A stretch of 64,000 nucleotides of DNA from an uncultured bacterium (GTDB lineage: Bacteria; Omnitrophota; Omnitrophia; Omnitrophales; Aquincolibacteriaceae): contig CAZSFZ010000001.1 in assembly GCA_964606385.1 (NCBI GenBank), forward strand, positions 67,519 to 131,518, read 5' to 3'. Position numbers and translations under genes: made by a program. This document shows, in pieces, positions 46,498 through 56,870 of the stretch. How positions within the stretch are numbered: the stretch's first letter is position 1; the number at the start of each line of letters is the position of its first letter. The notes beneath the pieces were generated by a model that made no database searches, was not told the DNA's origin, and saw nothing but the letters and a program-made list of their open reading frames with translations.

Positions 46498-46809
46498 TCA
46501 GAGCGCCAGAGCCGCGTATTTGGCGTAAGGGGCGCCGCCGCGGGCCAGGTCCACCGCCCCGCTCACCACGCCTGTTACTGTCTGAAAAGTTCCCCGGACC
46601 GCTCCGGTCACAAGCCCGAACGGGAACATCACACGGCCGGTATCCTGGATCATGGCTTTGGGGATCGCGAACATGCTCCCTACAAGCTTGGAAGCTCCGC
46701 GCGCGGCATAGGACACATCGGTCCCCACATCCGCATAGGCAGCGCAGGGCATAAGCAGAAAGCTCGCGACCAGCAAAAGCGCTAAGAAGGTTTCGGATTT
46801 TTTCATCAT
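46498..46809 (-). CDS. small secreted hypothetical protein
   Basis: Signal peptide; Gly/Ala-rich; 103 aa. Confidence 0.45.
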   Translation of the reverse strand: MMKKSETFLALLLVASFLLMPCAAYADVGTDVSYAARGASKLVGSMFAIPKAMIQDTGRVMFPFGLVTGAVRGTFQTVTGVVSGAVDLARGGAPYAKYAALAL

Positions 46810-46879
46810 CGTTTGTCCCCTTCTATTGTCGGCATTAAACCTTTGAACTTTCGCTGATTTTGGCTATGATATCGGCCCT

Positions 46880-47797
46880 ATGAAGAATATCCTTGTGACG
46901 GGCGGTTCCGGCTTCATCGGCTCGAATATCGCCCTCGAACTCCAGTCCAAGTTCCCGGAATCCCGTATTACCATCCTCGAAGACTTTCGGAGCTCCTGCT
47001 TCAAGAACATCCTCGGCTTCAAGGGGGATGTCTTGGCCTACGACTGCGCCGACAAGTCCTGGATGAGCTGGGCCAAGGGCAAAAAGCTGGACATAATTTA
47101 TCACATGGCCGCCATCACGGACACCACGATCCTTGATGAACAAAAAATGATGTTCGACAACGTCGAAGGCTTCCGCAATATCCTCGACCTCGCCGTCGAA
47201 AAGAAAGCGACCGTGGTCTACGCCTCCTCCGCGGCGACTTACGGTACCATCGACCGCCCCATCAAAGAATCCGATGCCGGTCAGCCGAATAATATCTACG
47301 GTTATTCCAAATGGATCATGGACCAACTCGCGCCTTCCTATTATGACAGGATCAAGGTGGTGGGGTTGCGGTTCTTCAATGTCTTCGGCCCCAGGGAATA
47401 CTATAAGGGACACGCTTCAAGCATGATCTACCAGCTCGCGCTCAAGATGATGGAAGGCCACCGCCCGCGCATCTTTAAATGGGGGGAACAGAAACGCGAC
47501 CACATCTACGTCAAAGACGTCGTAACCGCCACGCTCATGGCGCACAAGGCCAAAGTTTCCACCGTCATGAACCTCGGCACCGGTCAGGCGACTTCTTTTA
47601 ACGAGATCGTCGATGCCTTGAACGAAGCCCTCGGGACCAATTACAAACCGGACTACTTCGACAATCCCTACAGTTTTTATCAGAACTTCACGCAGGCGGA
47701 CATGAGCCATCATGAGAAAATGACGGGGTTCCGCTGTCAATACACGACCCGTGAAGGCATCCTCGATTACGTCAAGAACTACCTCGTCAAGAAGTAG
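46880..47797 (+). CDS. hldD: ADP-L-glycero-D-manno-heptose 6-epimerase
   Basis: GGSGFIGSN Rossmann motif; YGYSK catalytic motif; FDNPY. Confidence 0.85.
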   Translation: MKNILVTGGSGFIGSNIALELQSKFPESRITILEDFRSSCFKNILGFKGDVLAYDCADKSWMSWAKGKKLDIIYHMAAITDTTILDEQKMMFDNVEGFRNILDLAVEKKATVVYASSAATYGTIDRPIKESDAGQPNNIYGYSKWIMDQLAPSYYDRIKVVGLRFFNVFGPREYYKGHASSMIYQLALKMMEGHRPRIFKWGEQKRDHIYVKDVVTATLMAHKAKVSTVMNLGTGQATSFNEIVDALNEALGTNYKPDYFDNPYSFYQNFTQADMSHHEKMTGFRCQYTTREGILDYVKNYLVKK

Positions 47798-47840
47798 CGG
47801 TCCCGCTTGCCAAATTAAAGAAATCCGCTAGACTAGTTCC

Positions 47841-48893
47841 ATGAAACGCGAAAATTTCATCTCCTATTTTTTCATTATCGCGCTCGTCTTTATCGTTTAC
47901 CTCGTCTTCAGGATCTTCTCCCCGTTCTTTTCGGCCATGTTCTGGTCGGCCGTACTGGCGTTCGCGGTCTACCCCGTCTACACGCCGCTCCGGAACCGGT
48001 TCCCGAAACACTCGACGCTCACGGCGATCGTGATGACCATCCTGGTGTTCGTCCTCATTATCCTGCCCCTGGCGATGATCCTGGTCAACGTAACGACGCA
48101 GGCCATTGAAACATCCCAATGGGTTTACAGTTACATCCGGGAAGGAAAGCTGGAGACTCTGATCGAAAATATCCGGGCCACAAGCTGGATCCAGAAGGTC
48201 GAGACCCGGATTGTCCAGTGGGACCTTTTAAAACAGAACCTGACGAGCTGGCTTTTGGCCGCAGCCAAAAGCGGCGGGAATTACACGGCAGGGCAGGTCG
48301 GCGCTTTCACGAAGAACATCCTCTTTTTCCTGTTGAACTTCTTTTTTATGTTCTTCCTCACCTTTGTCTTCTTCAAACACGGCGAGACCATCTACAACTT
48401 CATTTATCAGGCCTCCCCTTTTGAGAAAGATACCAAAACCGCCCTCTTCAAACAGATCAACGACACCTTCACCGCCGTGATCCGAGGCCAGATCTTGACA
48501 AGCTTCGCTCAAGCCACCATTTCGGGCATCACGTTCTGGCTGCTTGGGATCCCCGTGCCGGTCTTCTTCGCGTTCCTGCTTTTCATGACATCCCTCATCC
48601 CGATCCTGGGAGCGGCGAGCATCTGGGTGCCCCTGGTGATCTACCTGGTGATTTCGCAACTTTATGTGAAGGCGATCATCCTGGGGGTCGTGGGAGTGCT
48701 GGGGATCAGCCTTCTGGATAACATCATGAAGCCGGCGATCATCGGGGAAAGGACCAAGCTCCCCTACTTCCTTCTGTTCTTCGGGATGATGGGAGGGTTG
48801 AAATTCTTCGGCCTGATGGGGATCTTCCTGGCGCCCGTGGTCCTGTCACTTTTTTTCGCGCTGATCAAGATCTACCGCGAAAAATACGTCTGA
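47841..48893 (+). CDS. AI-2E family transporter (PerM/UPF0118)
   Basis: 8-TM topology with the characteristic FFxxxxxAVxxYP N-terminal region. Confidence 0.85.
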   Translation: MKRENFISYFFIIALVFIVYLVFRIFSPFFSAMFWSAVLAFAVYPVYTPLRNRFPKHSTLTAIVMTILVFVLIILPLAMILVNVTTQAIETSQWVYSYIREGKLETLIENIRATSWIQKVETRIVQWDLLKQNLTSWLLAAAKSGGNYTAGQVGAFTKNILFFLLNFFFMFFLTFVFFKHGETIYNFIYQASPFEKDTKTALFKQINDTFTAVIRGQILTSFAQATISGITFWLLGIPVPVFFAFLLFMTSLIPILGAASIWVPLVIYLVISQLYVKAIILGVVGVLGISLLDNIMKPAIIGERTKLPYFLLFFGMMGGLKFFGLMGIFLAPVVLSLFFALIKIYREKYV

Positions 48894-48932
48894 TCTCCCG
48901 GAATAGAGATCCCGGGATCCTTCCCTCTTTCC

Positions 48933-50039
48933 TTAAGCCCCAAGAATCTTGGTGTCCTGCCCGATCTTGATGCCTTTCATCATGGCCATCAGATCTTCCG
49001 CGGAGGTACTGGCGTCGAGCGCGGCTTCCTGGGTGATCGTGCCGGCTTTCCAGAGGTCCAGAAGCGCCTGGTCCATCGTCTGCATCCCTTCCTCGCGGGA
49101 ATTCCGGATCGCCTGGGGGATCTTGTCGATCTTGTGATCGACAATGAGCTGGCGGGTCATGTAATTCCCTAACAACACTTCACACGCCGGCACAAGCGCC
49201 TTCCCATCCTTGGCGACCAGAAGTTTCTGGACCATGATGCAAGACATGTTCGCCGCAAAATAACGCAAGGCTGATTCCCTTTCCTCCTGGGGGAAGAAGC
49301 CCAACACGCGGTCAAAGACCTGGCTCGCGGATTTGGCGTGGACCGTAGAGATCACCAGCCTTCCCACTTCCGCCGAAGCGAGCGCAAAATTAAAGGACTC
49401 CGCGTCGCGCATTTCCCCGATCACGATCACATCAGGGGACTGGCGCACCACGTATTTCAAGGCCGAAACAAAACTTTCCGCGTCCTGCCCGATCTCGCGC
49501 TGCTGGATGAGGCAATGCTTGTCCTCATGCATATACTCCACCGGATCCTCGATCGTCAGGATGTGCTTCTGGACGCTTTCGTTCATGTTCTGGATCATAG
49601 CCGCCACGGTCGTCGTTTTTCCCGAAGACACGGTGCCCCCGATGAGGATGATCCCGGATTTTTCGAGAGAGACTTTTTTAAGAACCGTCGGCAGGCCCAA
49701 CATCTCAAAACTGGGAACGCCCTTCCAGAGAAGACGCAGCACGAGCGAGATCTCCCCGTGCTGGAAAAAAGCGTTGCCGCGGAAACGGCAACCCTTCGCG
49801 TGGAAGGAAAACCCGAAATCCACGCTTTTGTTCTTCTCGAGCATTTCCTGCTGGCGCGGGTCCAGCAGCCGTCCGGCCAATTCGCGGAGCTCGGCAGCGG
49901 AAAGCCCCGGCATCGCCATCGCGACCACCTTGCCGCCGATGCGGATGCGGGGAGGAACATCGGCCTTTAAAAAAACATCCTGGCCTTTCTGTTCGATCAC
50001 GGTTTCAAGGCAAGAGGTCAGATAAGTGTTCGTATCCAT
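48933..50039 (-). CDS. pilT: type IV pilus retraction ATPase PilT/PilU family
   Basis: Walker [12 protein letters not shown]; Asp box; His box (VISTVHA). Confidence 0.9.
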   Translation of the reverse strand: MDTNTYLTSCLETVIEQKGQDVFLKADVPPRIRIGGKVVAMAMPGLSAAELRELAGRLLDPRQQEMLEKNKSVDFGFSFHAKGCRFRGNAFFQHGEISLVLRLLWKGVPSFEMLGLPTVLKKVSLEKSGIILIGGTVSSGKTTTVAAMIQNMNESVQKHILTIEDPVEYMHEDKHCLIQQREIGQDAESFVSALKYVVRQSPDVIVIGEMRDAESFNFALASAEVGRLVISTVHAKSASQVFDRVLGFFPQEERESALRYFAANMSCIMVQKLLVAKDGKALVPACEVLLGNYMTRQLIVDHKIDKIPQAIRNSREEGMQTMDQALLDLWKAGTITQEAALDASTSAEDLMAMMKGIKIGQDTKILGA

Positions 50040-50220
50040 GAGGCTCCTTTCATCCGTTGCGATCCCGTATCAAGACGCGCACATTTTAACAGCCTCTCCA
50101 AAGCACTGCAACAGACCTCTCGCCCCCCATAAAAATAAATTTCCTTTTCAAAGCCCGCTTGGTTATCATAGAGCGTCTTTTAGGTCAAAAGGACTTATTC
50201 AATTCCGGAGAACCGATTTC

Positions 50221-51615
50221 ATGAGGATCACGGGGAGAACTTCGGCCACAGAGATTTACGAAAAAGCCTGCCAGCTTTATCAGCTGCGGGTGATCGCAAT
50301 CCTCATCCTGGCCCCCCTCTATTTCCTGGCTTACAAGCTCGGGAACTTCCCGAATACCAATCTTTGGCCCCTCTGCGTTGTCATCGCCGTTGAACTTTTC
50401 GTGAACTACCCGCACCGGACCCTTTTCAAGGATATCCGCTCGGGCACCGATGCCCTTGTCGCGTCGGTCATGATCGATTTTCTGGCGGAGACCGCGGCGA
50501 TGCATCTGTTGGGCAATGTCGACCTGTTCATCTACGCTTCCTGCTTTTTCATTTCGATCGTTTACTGCGCCCTAAACTTGCCGGCCGCTTTGAGCTTCAA
50601 GATGGCTTCGCTCGCGTCGACTCTCTATGTTTCCCTGATCCTGCTGGGACATCTGGGCATTATCCCGGAAACCATCCACCTCGGCACAAAAGGAAATTTA
50701 GCGCAGGAAATCGCCCTCATTATCCGTAATGTCGCTTTCTTTTACTTGATCGCCCTTCTGGTGCGGCTCATGGCCGCGGCCCTCGTGAAGAAAGATGAAC
50801 GTCTCGAGGAACTCCTCTGGGAACTCCGGGAAACGAGCGCCAAGGTCAAGTACGCCCATCACATGCAGACCGATTATTTTGCCCGCATGAGCCATGAGAT
50901 CCGCGCGCCCCTCAACTCGATCCTGGGCTTTTCCCAGCTCCTCCTGGAAGCGCCCAAGGAATCCCTGACCGAAAAACAGAGGGATTTCCTCTCGAGGATC
51001 GAACGCAGCGGCAAACACCTGCGGGAACTCATCAACGACGTGCTGGATATCTCCAAGATCGAGTCCAAAAAGCTCCAGCTGACGCTTCACGAGATCGACC
51101 TCGTAAAGATCATTTATACCGCGATGGATCTTTTCGCGGAAGAAGCCGTCACCAAACGCGTGAACTTGCGTTTCACCGAAAAACCTCAAACCCTCCGGGT
51201 CATCGGCGACGAGCTCAAGATCCGCCAGGTCCTTTACAACCTGCTATCGAACTCCATGAAATTCACAGACAAGGGATTTATTCATATCCTGCTGACCCAG
51301 GAACCCGAGGGCGGGGCCAGGATCACCGTGCAGGACTCCGGACCGGGGATCGAACCCAAGGACCAGGCGGTGATCTTCAAGGCCTATGAACAGGGCGGCA
51401 GGGCCACAGACGCGACACACAAGGGAACGGGCTTGGGGCTAGCCATCAGCAAGCAGTTCGTGGAGATGCATGGAGGAAAGATCTGGGTGGAAAGCGAGCC
51501 CGGCCAAGGCTCCCGTTTTATTTTCACGCTTCCCCACGCGCCCTCGGTCCCGGCTTCCAAGGAAACCCTGCCCCCGCCATCCACTCCGGGTCACAATCCC
51601 GATTCTCTCATCTAA
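50221..51615 (+). CDS. membrane sensor histidine kinase
   Basis: Multi-TM N-terminus; HisKA H-box ([12 protein letters not shown]); HATPase_c N, G1, G2 boxes; track ORF trimmed to MRITG. Confidence 0.8.
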   Translation: MRITGRTSATEIYEKACQLYQLRVIAILILAPLYFLAYKLGNFPNTNLWPLCVVIAVELFVNYPHRTLFKDIRSGTDALVASVMIDFLAETAAMHLLGNVDLFIYASCFFISIVYCALNLPAALSFKMASLASTLYVSLILLGHLGIIPETIHLGTKGNLAQEIALIIRNVAFFYLIALLVRLMAAALVKKDERLEELLWELRETSAKVKYAHHMQTDYFARMSHEIRAPLNSILGFSQLLLEAPKESLTEKQRDFLSRIERSGKHLRELINDVLDISKIESKKLQLTLHEIDLVKIIYTAMDLFAEEAVTKRVNLRFTEKPQTLRVIGDELKIRQVLYNLLSNSMKFTDKGFIHILLTQEPEGGARITVQDSGPGIEPKDQAVIFKAYEQGGRATDATHKGTGLGLAISKQFVEMHGGKIWVESEPGQGSRFIFTLPHAPSVPASKETLPPPSTPGHNPDSLI

Positions 51616-51640
51616 CGGGTCGGGGAACAAAAGACGTTCT

Positions 51641-51952
51641 TCAGGACTTCCGCAGGCCTTCGCAATAATCCAGACTTCGGCCGGTTTTCCAGGAAAGCGG
51701 GAAATCGCGGCACTGTTGCGGCCTTGCCTCGTAGACCCGACATCCTGTCGGCTCAAGAAAAATGCAGGTCTCGTCGGGATTTTTTTTAAGCGCGAGATGC
51801 TGGCGGTCCATGAGCAGGCAATGCGTGTCCGTAAACCGGTAAATGTCCATCCCGAGGCAAGACGCGAGCCGTTCGGCGTCCTCCCCTTTGAGATAAACGA
51901 ATCCGGGCTGTTTACAGCAGGCGCAGCAGCGCTGACAATGGAAGTGGTTCAT
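51641..51952 (-). CDS. YkgJ-family Cys-cluster (zinc/iron-chelating) protein
   Basis: CQRCCACCK N-terminal cluster plus C-terminal Cys; 103 aa. Confidence 0.7.
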   Translation of the reverse strand: MNHFHCQRCCACCKQPGFVYLKGEDAERLASCLGMDIYRFTDTHCLLMDRQHLALKKNPDETCIFLEPTGCRVYEARPQQCRDFPLSWKTGRSLDYCEGLRKS

Positions 51953-51962
51953 AAAATAAAAA

Positions 51963-51995
51963 GGGGCAGGCTTTAAAAGCCTGCCCCTTCGGTTT
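51963..51995 (-). terminator. rho-independent terminator for the DUF4870 gene
   Basis: Perfect hairpin GGGGCAGGCTTT-taaa-AGCCTGCCCC followed on the minus strand by a T-run (ttttatttt). Confidence 0.8.
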
Positions 51996-52002
51996 TGAAA
52001 GG

Positions 52003-52344
52003 TTACTTTCCGAGCTGTTGTTCGACGAAATCACCGACCACGGGGAGCTTATAGCGTTCCCCTTTGTAGGCCTTGACCATCAAAACGATCCAGAGAACGA
52101 TCCCCAACGGCCAAAGCAGCATCCCCACCAGGACACCCAGGACCGGGATGAACCCGATCACCGCCGAGATGATAAAAAGCGCCAGGAACGTCACGAGCGA
52201 TTGGAGCGCGTGAAAACGCACGAAAGCGTTCTTTTGTTCCAACAGAAGGAACACAAGCCCCGTCACCCATCCGAATACATAACAAAAAAGTGCTTCGAGA
52301 TTTTCCGTCACACCTAGTACAGTGTTTTTATTCTCATCCGCCAT
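52003..52344 (-). CDS. DUF4870-family membrane protein
   Basis: 113 aa; three TM segments; conserved FHALQSL motif. Confidence 0.65.
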   Translation of the reverse strand: MADENKNTVLGVTENLEALFCYVFGWVTGLVFLLLEQKNAFVRFHALQSLVTFLALFIISAVIGFIPVLGVLVGMLLWPLGIVLWIVLMVKAYKGERYKLPVVGDFVEQQLGK

Positions 52345-52478
52345 CTTGGACCCCCTTGTTCTTTAAAAGTGCGCTGACGCTATTGTATCGTATTTATTTA
52401 AAAAAACTATACCCCTCTCCGCAAAGCGGGCTACAATGGCCGCCGTTCAGGAACATTTCCATCATTCAGGAGGTTTTT

Positions 52479-52871
52479 ATGCCGACCCTTTTCACGAAGA
52501 TCCTCGCGGGAGAGATCCCGGCCCACAAAATCCTCGAGAACGAAAAATACCTCGCTTTCCTCGACATCCGCCCGCTCAATCCGGGGCACACGCTCGTGAT
52601 CCCCAAACAGGAAGTGGACTATATTTTTGACATGGAAGACGAACTGCTGAAGGGGTTGATGGTGTTCTCTAAAAAAGTCGCGAAGGCGATCCAGAAAGCC
52701 TTCCCCTGCAAAAAGGTCGGGGTCGCCGTGGTGGGGATCGAAGTCCCCCACACCCACATTCATCTGATCCCGGTCAATAGCGTCGGCGATCTTAATTTCT
52801 CGAGGGCCAAAGCCGCGACGCCGGAGGAACTCGCGGAGGCCGCGCGGAAGATCCGTGCCTGTCTTGATTAG
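52479..52871 (+). CDS. HIT-family (histidine triad) nucleotide hydrolase
   Basis: HTHIHLIP histidine triad; AGGAGG RBS upstream of ATG. Confidence 0.85.
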   Translation: MPTLFTKILAGEIPAHKILENEKYLAFLDIRPLNPGHTLVIPKQEVDYIFDMEDELLKGLMVFSKKVAKAIQKAFPCKKVGVAVVGIEVPHTHIHLIPVNSVGDLNFSRAKAATPEELAEAARKIRACLD

Positions 52872-53470
52872 GCTCGGGCTTTTTTCTGAAAAGCGGACAG
52901 AAGTGCGGGGTAGGTGTTCGTGACCGGAAATTCCGGGAACTCACGGACGATCTTCGCGGGCGGGCGAAAAAGAATGCCGCGATCGGCCGTTTTGAGCATC
53001 GCGATATCATTGTAGGAATCTCCCGCGGCCGCCACTTTGAAACCAAGATCTTGGATCCCGCGAACAGCCTCTTTCTTACCGTTCCTCTGCCTCAGGTGAT
53101 ACCCCGAGATAAAACCCTTTTTGTCGGTTGAAAGCCAGTTGCAGAAAAGGGTCGGATAGCCGAGCTTTTTCATCATCGGACCGGCAAATTCGTAGTAAGT
53201 ATCGGAAAGGATGATGACCTGATACCGTTCCTGGAGTTTTTTGAGGAACCCCTTGGCGCCCGGGAGAGGCTCCATGCGCCGGATCACGGACTGGATATCG
53301 CGGAGCTTGATGCCTTCCTTTTTCAGGATCGCAAGACGGTACCGCATCAGCTTGTCATAGTCCGGCTCATCGCGCGTCGTGATCTCAAGCGCTTTGATAC
53401 CGGTTTTTTTTGCCACATTGATCCAAATCTCGGGGATCAACACACCTTCCAGATCAAGACAACAGATCAT
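52868..53470 (-). CDS. HAD-family phosphoserine phosphatase / homoserine phosphotransferase ThrH-like
   Basis: MICCLDLEGVLIPEIW N-terminus; about 200 aa. Confidence 0.7.
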   Translation of the reverse strand: MICCLDLEGVLIPEIWINVAKKTGIKALEITTRDEPDYDKLMRYRLAILKKEGIKLRDIQSVIRRMEPLPGAKGFLKKLQERYQVIILSDTYYEFAGPMMKKLGYPTLFCNWLSTDKKGFISGYHLRQRNGKKEAVRGIQDLGFKVAAAGDSYNDIAMLKTADRGILFRPPAKIVREFPEFPVTNTYPALLSAFQKKARA

Positions 53471-53553
53471 TATGAACTCCTTGGATGAATTTTCGGATGG
53501 GATTATATCTGAACGGTCAATCTTTGAAAAACAATCTTTTCCCGCAGGAAATT

Positions 53554-54327
53554 TCAGGCAAAATGATTGACGGGCCCCACGCCATGCCCGAGGCCCGGAT
53601 TCGTACGAATGGCCCTTGTGATGAACGCCTTGGCCTGTTCGACCGAAGACAGAAGTCCCTTCCCTTGGGCGAGCCCCGCCGTGATCGCCGCGGAATACGT
53701 ACAGCCCGTTCCATGCGTGTGTTCCGTGCGGATCCTCGGAGCCTTCAAAAAACAGGCCTTTCCCTTCCAAAACAAGAGGTCGATGGCTTTCCCCGGAAGA
53801 TGACCGCCTTTGACCAGCACCGCCTGAGCGCCGAAGCCGGCCATGATCCTCGCCGCTTTTTCCATGGACCCGAGATCACGGACCTTGACACCGCTCAACG
53901 CTTGCGCTTCCGCAAGATTGGGCGTGACCAAAGTAGCCAGCGGTAAGAGTTCTTTTATAAAAACGCGGACGGCGTCAGGATCCAAAAGGGGCGCCCCGTG
54001 CTTGCTCACCATGACCGGATCCACCACTAACGGAAAACGGCATTGCCGGAGCGTGCGCGCGACCGCTCGAAGGACTTTGCCGTCCCCTAACGCCCCCGTC
54101 TTGGCGGCCTGGGGCGGAAGATCTGTCAGAACCGCTTCAAGTTGGCGGACCACCTGGATCGGCTTCATTTTGTAAACGGCCTGAACGCCACGCGTGTTCT
54201 GGACCGTCAGCAGCGTGACAACCGCCATGCCGTAGATTTTATGCTGATGGAACGTTTTGAGGTCGGCCTGGACGCCTGCCCCGCCGGAGGGGTCCGAGCC
54301 CGCGACGGAAAGGGCTCGAGGGATCAC
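53554..54327 (-). CDS. thiD: hydroxymethylpyrimidine/phosphomethylpyrimidine kinase
   Basis: ALSVAGSDPSGGAGVQADLKT; ribokinase-like fold. Confidence 0.85.
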   Translation of the reverse strand: MIPRALSVAGSDPSGGAGVQADLKTFHQHKIYGMAVVTLLTVQNTRGVQAVYKMKPIQVVRQLEAVLTDLPPQAAKTGALGDGKVLRAVARTLRQCRFPLVVDPVMVSKHGAPLLDPDAVRVFIKELLPLATLVTPNLAEAQALSGVKVRDLGSMEKAARIMAGFGAQAVLVKGGHLPGKAIDLLFWKGKACFLKAPRIRTEHTHGTGCTYSAAITAGLAQGKGLLSSVEQAKAFITRAIRTNPGLGHGVGPVNHFA

Positions 54328-54815
54328 TTGAGGATCTGATCGAAAAATTCTACGAACCGTTGCGGCGAAACACCGGTATAGAGCTGAACGGCACCGCCCG
54401 GCTGAGGGGGATGAAGGAAAAAGGAGGGAAAACCCCGGATCCCGTACTGGAACGCGATGGCGTTCTCACGGCTTCCCGACTCGGGGTTGATCGTCACCTT
54501 GATCTTGTCTTTGAGCATGTCCTGCACCCTGGGAGACAGGAGGATCTCTTTTTCGAATTTGCGGCAATAAGGGCACCACCCGACGGTCATGTAGACGACC
54601 ATGGGCTTGTTGGTCTGTTTGTACTCCTCCACCGCTTGAGCGTAACCCGCCGCGCCCTGATACCAGCCATCGAACCATTGGCCGGGCGCTGAAACGACGG
54701 ATGTCTCCGCGGATGGCGACGATACCTGGTACGACGATGGATCCTGGGCATCGCAAGCCGGAGCGATCAAGGATAGCAGCATTAAAAATGCAGGAACGAT
54801 CTTATTGGATTTCAC
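54324..54815 (-). CDS. periplasmic thioredoxin-family protein
   Basis: Signal peptide; WCPYC active site. Confidence 0.75.
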   Translation of the reverse strand: MKSNKIVPAFLMLLSLIAPACDAQDPSSYQVSSPSAETSVVSAPGQWFDGWYQGAAGYAQAVEEYKQTNKPMVVYMTVGWCPYCRKFEKEILLSPRVQDMLKDKIKVTINPESGSRENAIAFQYGIRGFPSFFLHPPQPGGAVQLYTGVSPQRFVEFFDQILK

Positions 54816-54888
54816 AAAACCTCCTTACGGAACGGGCGTATTTTAACACGGAGTCAGCCAGGACACATGCATCTTTTGCGGTGAGTTT

Positions 54889-55341
54889 CTATGCGGCCGA
54901 AGGCATGGTTCCCAACATGTTTTTAAAAAAGGACCCCAAAAAGGTCAGGAACAGGATCCCCAGAAGAGCGATCAACACCACCCCAAGGGTCCAAAGAATC
55001 TTCCCCGTCTTAGAAAATTTGGAACTTTGCCATAAAAGCGGGACCGCGAACGGCCCCACCATGAGCAGCATGACGATCACATAAGGAACGCTATCACCCG
55101 TAAAGGTCCTGGGTTTTCCCGAGGCCGTCTGAAACGCGTCCGCTGCCGCGGGGATCATGATCGCGAGATAGATCCCCCCCATAAAAAAAACATTCAGCAG
55201 GGTGTGGCTGATGATCAAACTGACGGCCACGCCGGCTGTCATGCACAAAAGCGTCCAGCCCTTGGCCTTTTCACCTAAATAAAGCTGCCCCAAACCGGGA
55301 AGGACCGCGGAATAAAAAGCGGCGAGACGAGGGTCTTTCAT
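54889..55341 (-). CDS. hypothetical membrane protein with LPGLGQLYLGE motif
   Basis: Four TM segments; motif shared with the 56374-56751 protein. Confidence 0.5.
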   Translation of the reverse strand: MKDPRLAAFYSAVLPGLGQLYLGEKAKGWTLLCMTAGVAVSLIISHTLLNVFFMGGIYLAIMIPAAADAFQTASGKPRTFTGDSVPYVIVMLLMVGPFAVPLLWQSSKFSKTGKILWTLGVVLIALLGILFLTFLGSFFKNMLGTMPSAA

Positions 55342-56369
55342 GAAGGCGTTGAGGAGGGAACGAGCGCCAGCGTTTTCTCAAGAAGCTTGCCGTGCCTCTC
55401 GATCTGAAAAGTTTGAGGCTCCCCGTCTTTCTGGGCAAGGATCGCGCGATAGTAGTTTTCCCACGTCTCGAGCACAAAACCATTCTGCTTCAGCAGGATG
55501 TCACCGGGAAGAAATCCTTCCCGCTCCGCGGGAGATCCGGGGCGAACGCTCACAATTTTGAACTTCAGGGTCTTCTTGTCACGATCCACGCGAAACCCGA
55601 AGTGGGGCGCGTCCGGGTTAAGGAAAAAGATGGTGATGGGTAATTCCATTTCGCCTTCCTTGCGCAGGATGGTAAATTTTTTGAGTTCTTCCCCCTGGAC
55701 ATTTAGAAAAAATCCGAAGAGATTTCCCGGCGTCACTTCCTGCCCGGCGATCTTCAGGATCACGTCCCCGTCCCGGAGCCCCTGTTCATAGCCCAGAGAA
55801 GACGGGTCCGCGCCGGTCACGAAATATCGCGCCGTTTTGTCATCATAGTGAAGATCGCAACCCAGAATAACGCTTTTCATCGCGGGGTATTTTGACTCCA
55901 CGAGCCGTTCATGGATGTTTTTTCCGAGAAGGCCTTCAAAAGTGCCGCGAGAGCCGTCCTTTTTCCTGAAACCCTTGGTCGAAAGGCCGGTCTTTCTTTT
56001 GAAATAGGCGCGGATCCCCACCACCGTCATGGTCGGGTCCTTTTCGACAACACCGATCTCAAGGGCGCAAAATCCGCTCGAGCCCAGGCTCGGGGCTTTG
56101 GCCCATGCCTTATATTCTTTTTTATACAAAGGAAAGGTCGCGGTCTGGATGTAGCCGTTGCCTTTATCCTGCACCGCGAGAGGGATCTTTTCGGCCTCCA
56201 GCGTCGCGATCGTGGCGTTCCAAACTTCGTCAAAACTCCCCGGCATGGGGAACGAGCGGCCTTCGGACTTGGAAGAGGAAAGGGAGAAACCGGAGCTCAG
56301 AAAGCACAAAAAAAGCAGGCCGCAGAGTTTCCACGGCCTGCTTTTTCTGAGATAAAGATCGGACTTCAA
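55338..56369 (-). CDS. secreted protein with two PDZ domains
   Basis: Signal peptide/lipobox-like CFLSSG; two PDZ-like GLRDGDVILKIAG / FLPGDILLKQNG repeats. Confidence 0.65.
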   Translation of the reverse strand: MKSDLYLRKSRPWKLCGLLFLCFLSSGFSLSSSKSEGRSFPMPGSFDEVWNATIATLEAEKIPLAVQDKGNGYIQTATFPLYKKEYKAWAKAPSLGSSGFCALEIGVVEKDPTMTVVGIRAYFKRKTGLSTKGFRKKDGSRGTFEGLLGKNIHERLVESKYPAMKSVILGCDLHYDDKTARYFVTGADPSSLGYEQGLRDGDVILKIAGQEVTPGNLFGFFLNVQGEELKKFTILRKEGEMELPITIFFLNPDAPHFGFRVDRDKKTLKFKIVSVRPGSPAEREGFLPGDILLKQNGFVLETWENYYRAILAQKDGEPQTFQIERHGKLLEKTLALVPSSTPS

Positions 56370-56373
56370 AGGC

Positions 56374-56751
56374 TTAACGCTCGACCGTCTCGCCCTTCAT
56401 GCCCACTTCCGGACCCGTCGGGACGCTGAAATAAGCGTCCGAAGCGCTCCAGATATGGTTGAACATCAGGATCCCGATACCGACCCAAATCACGGGATAA
56501 CCGACGAGCGTCCCGAGCAGGATCGTGGTCACGATACCGCCAATCTCGAGGACGATCATGGTGCCGGTCTTGAGCTTGCCGCCCTTGGTGTCCATTTCAT
56601 TATTAAGGTATTGCCCCCAACCCGGCAGCACCAGCGACGCCGCCCCGCGGGTCAAGCTCTTGTCCGCATTGCTTTCTTCGGCATGGGCCACGCCGCCAAG
56701 CGACAGGAACATGGCCAAAACCACCGTCAAACTGATAGCCTTCTTGAACAT
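56374..56751 (-). CDS. hypothetical secreted/membrane protein with LPGWGQYLNNE motif
   Basis: Signal peptide; motif shared with the 54889-55341 protein; C-terminal TM. Confidence 0.5.
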   Translation of the reverse strand: MFKKAISLTVVLAMFLSLGGVAHAEESNADKSLTRGAASLVLPGWGQYLNNEMDTKGGKLKTGTMIVLEIGGIVTTILLGTLVGYPVIWVGIGILMFNHIWSASDAYFSVPTGPEVGMKGETVER

Positions 56752-56870
56752 ATATCCTCCCTTTTGTTAAATTTAATGACGCCCTTAATTATCGGCCTTT
56801 CCCTGGGGATTTTAATTATAAATGGTGGCCCCGTCAATCACCACCAGGACTCCGGACCGGATACCCAAGA

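Noticed and set aside
50026-50220. N-terminal extension of the histidine-kinase ORF ([10 protein letters not shown]...)
   Set aside because: It overlaps the pilT start on the opposite strand and lacks TM or sensor features. The downstream ATG at 50221 precedes the first TM helix, so the extension is treated as non-coding.
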